Assembly (NCBI RefSeq): GCF_000315625.1
Contig: NW_005434658.1
Location: forward strand, 401,139-465,138
Source of the DNA: Guillardia theta CCMP2712
Lineage: Eukaryota > Protista > Cryptophyta
DNA: 64,000 bases
Direction of reading: 5' to 3'
The notes below the pieces were generated by a model. The model was not told where the DNA came from and made no database searches. It saw only the letters and a program-made list of their open reading frames with translations. The stretch's first letter is position 1. Each line of letters begins with the position of its first letter. Position numbers and translations under genes: made by a program. This document shows, piece by piece, positions 63,801 through 64,000 of this stretch.

Positions 63801-64000
63801 GTCAAGAACTCGAAGAACAGGTAGTCTGGCAGGTCCGATCGCAGCGTGACGGTCCCGCTGGCTAGGCCGCTCCCTGTCGTCAAGGAAAGCAGCCACGCGG
63901 GATAGTGAAGACTTTGAGAGATGGATTGAAGTAGCGAGGCCTCGTCGTAGGGCGCTGATGGGCTGCGCTGGAACTTGACCTTCCCTTCGCTCTGCACCAT
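45841..64000 (-). CDS. Giant extracellular adhesin-like protein (5' part outside window): cadherin/bacterial-Ig-like repeats, Cys-rich repeats, LamG/ConA-like domain, EAR/EPTP-like propeller repeats, IPT/TIG, C-terminal beta-propeller
   Basis: Repeated (V/L)NDAP(S/T)F...NISAGP.E..Q.L.F...P..D..G.L.F.L.P...G units. AFSVEAWV...WFHIVAIYDG. IY(R/K)W...F...Q repeats. PLVTSIFP.VG...G..MTIIG.NF. LYVGG.F repeats. Single-gene status inferred from continuous splicing; stop at 45841. Confidence 0.75.

Overview
Gene-dense eukaryotic nuclear DNA with many short (~35-60 nt) GT-AG introns, GC-rich codon usage, microsatellite-filled longer introns and two 100-N assembly gaps. The style and the bipartite-looking leaders suggest an alga with a complex plastid, most likely a cryptophyte such as Guillardia theta (inference). 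Recognisable genes in order: METTL24-like methyltransferase (partial), NUDT9, ependymin-related secreted protein, Ser/Thr kinase with a secretory leader, VAC14, intronless pseudokinase-like ORF, MED28-like, catalytically dead pogo/Tigger (CENP-B-like) protein, CCDC180-like, two hypothetical genes, a TIR-like/multi-TM/RelA-SpoT-like nucleotidyltransferase fusion, bacterial-type GlnRS with a C-terminal EMAPII-like domain, ketopantoate reductase, RTF1, VPS26, LigT/ThpR-type 2H phosphoesterase, and the 3' >18 kb of a giant adhesin-like gene. Most interesting: (1) the TIR-TM-alarmone-synthetase-like receptor, (2) GC-rich intergenic islands made of micro-duplications and palindromes, with direct evidence of GC-rich micro-insertions disrupting a Cys/His repeat relic, (3) signal peptide plus ubiquitin-like LRGG leaders on two unrelated genes, (4) a domesticated pogo transposase. 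Exon boundaries were read by eye and gene coordinates are outer spans. Family assignments come from recalled motifs, not database searches.
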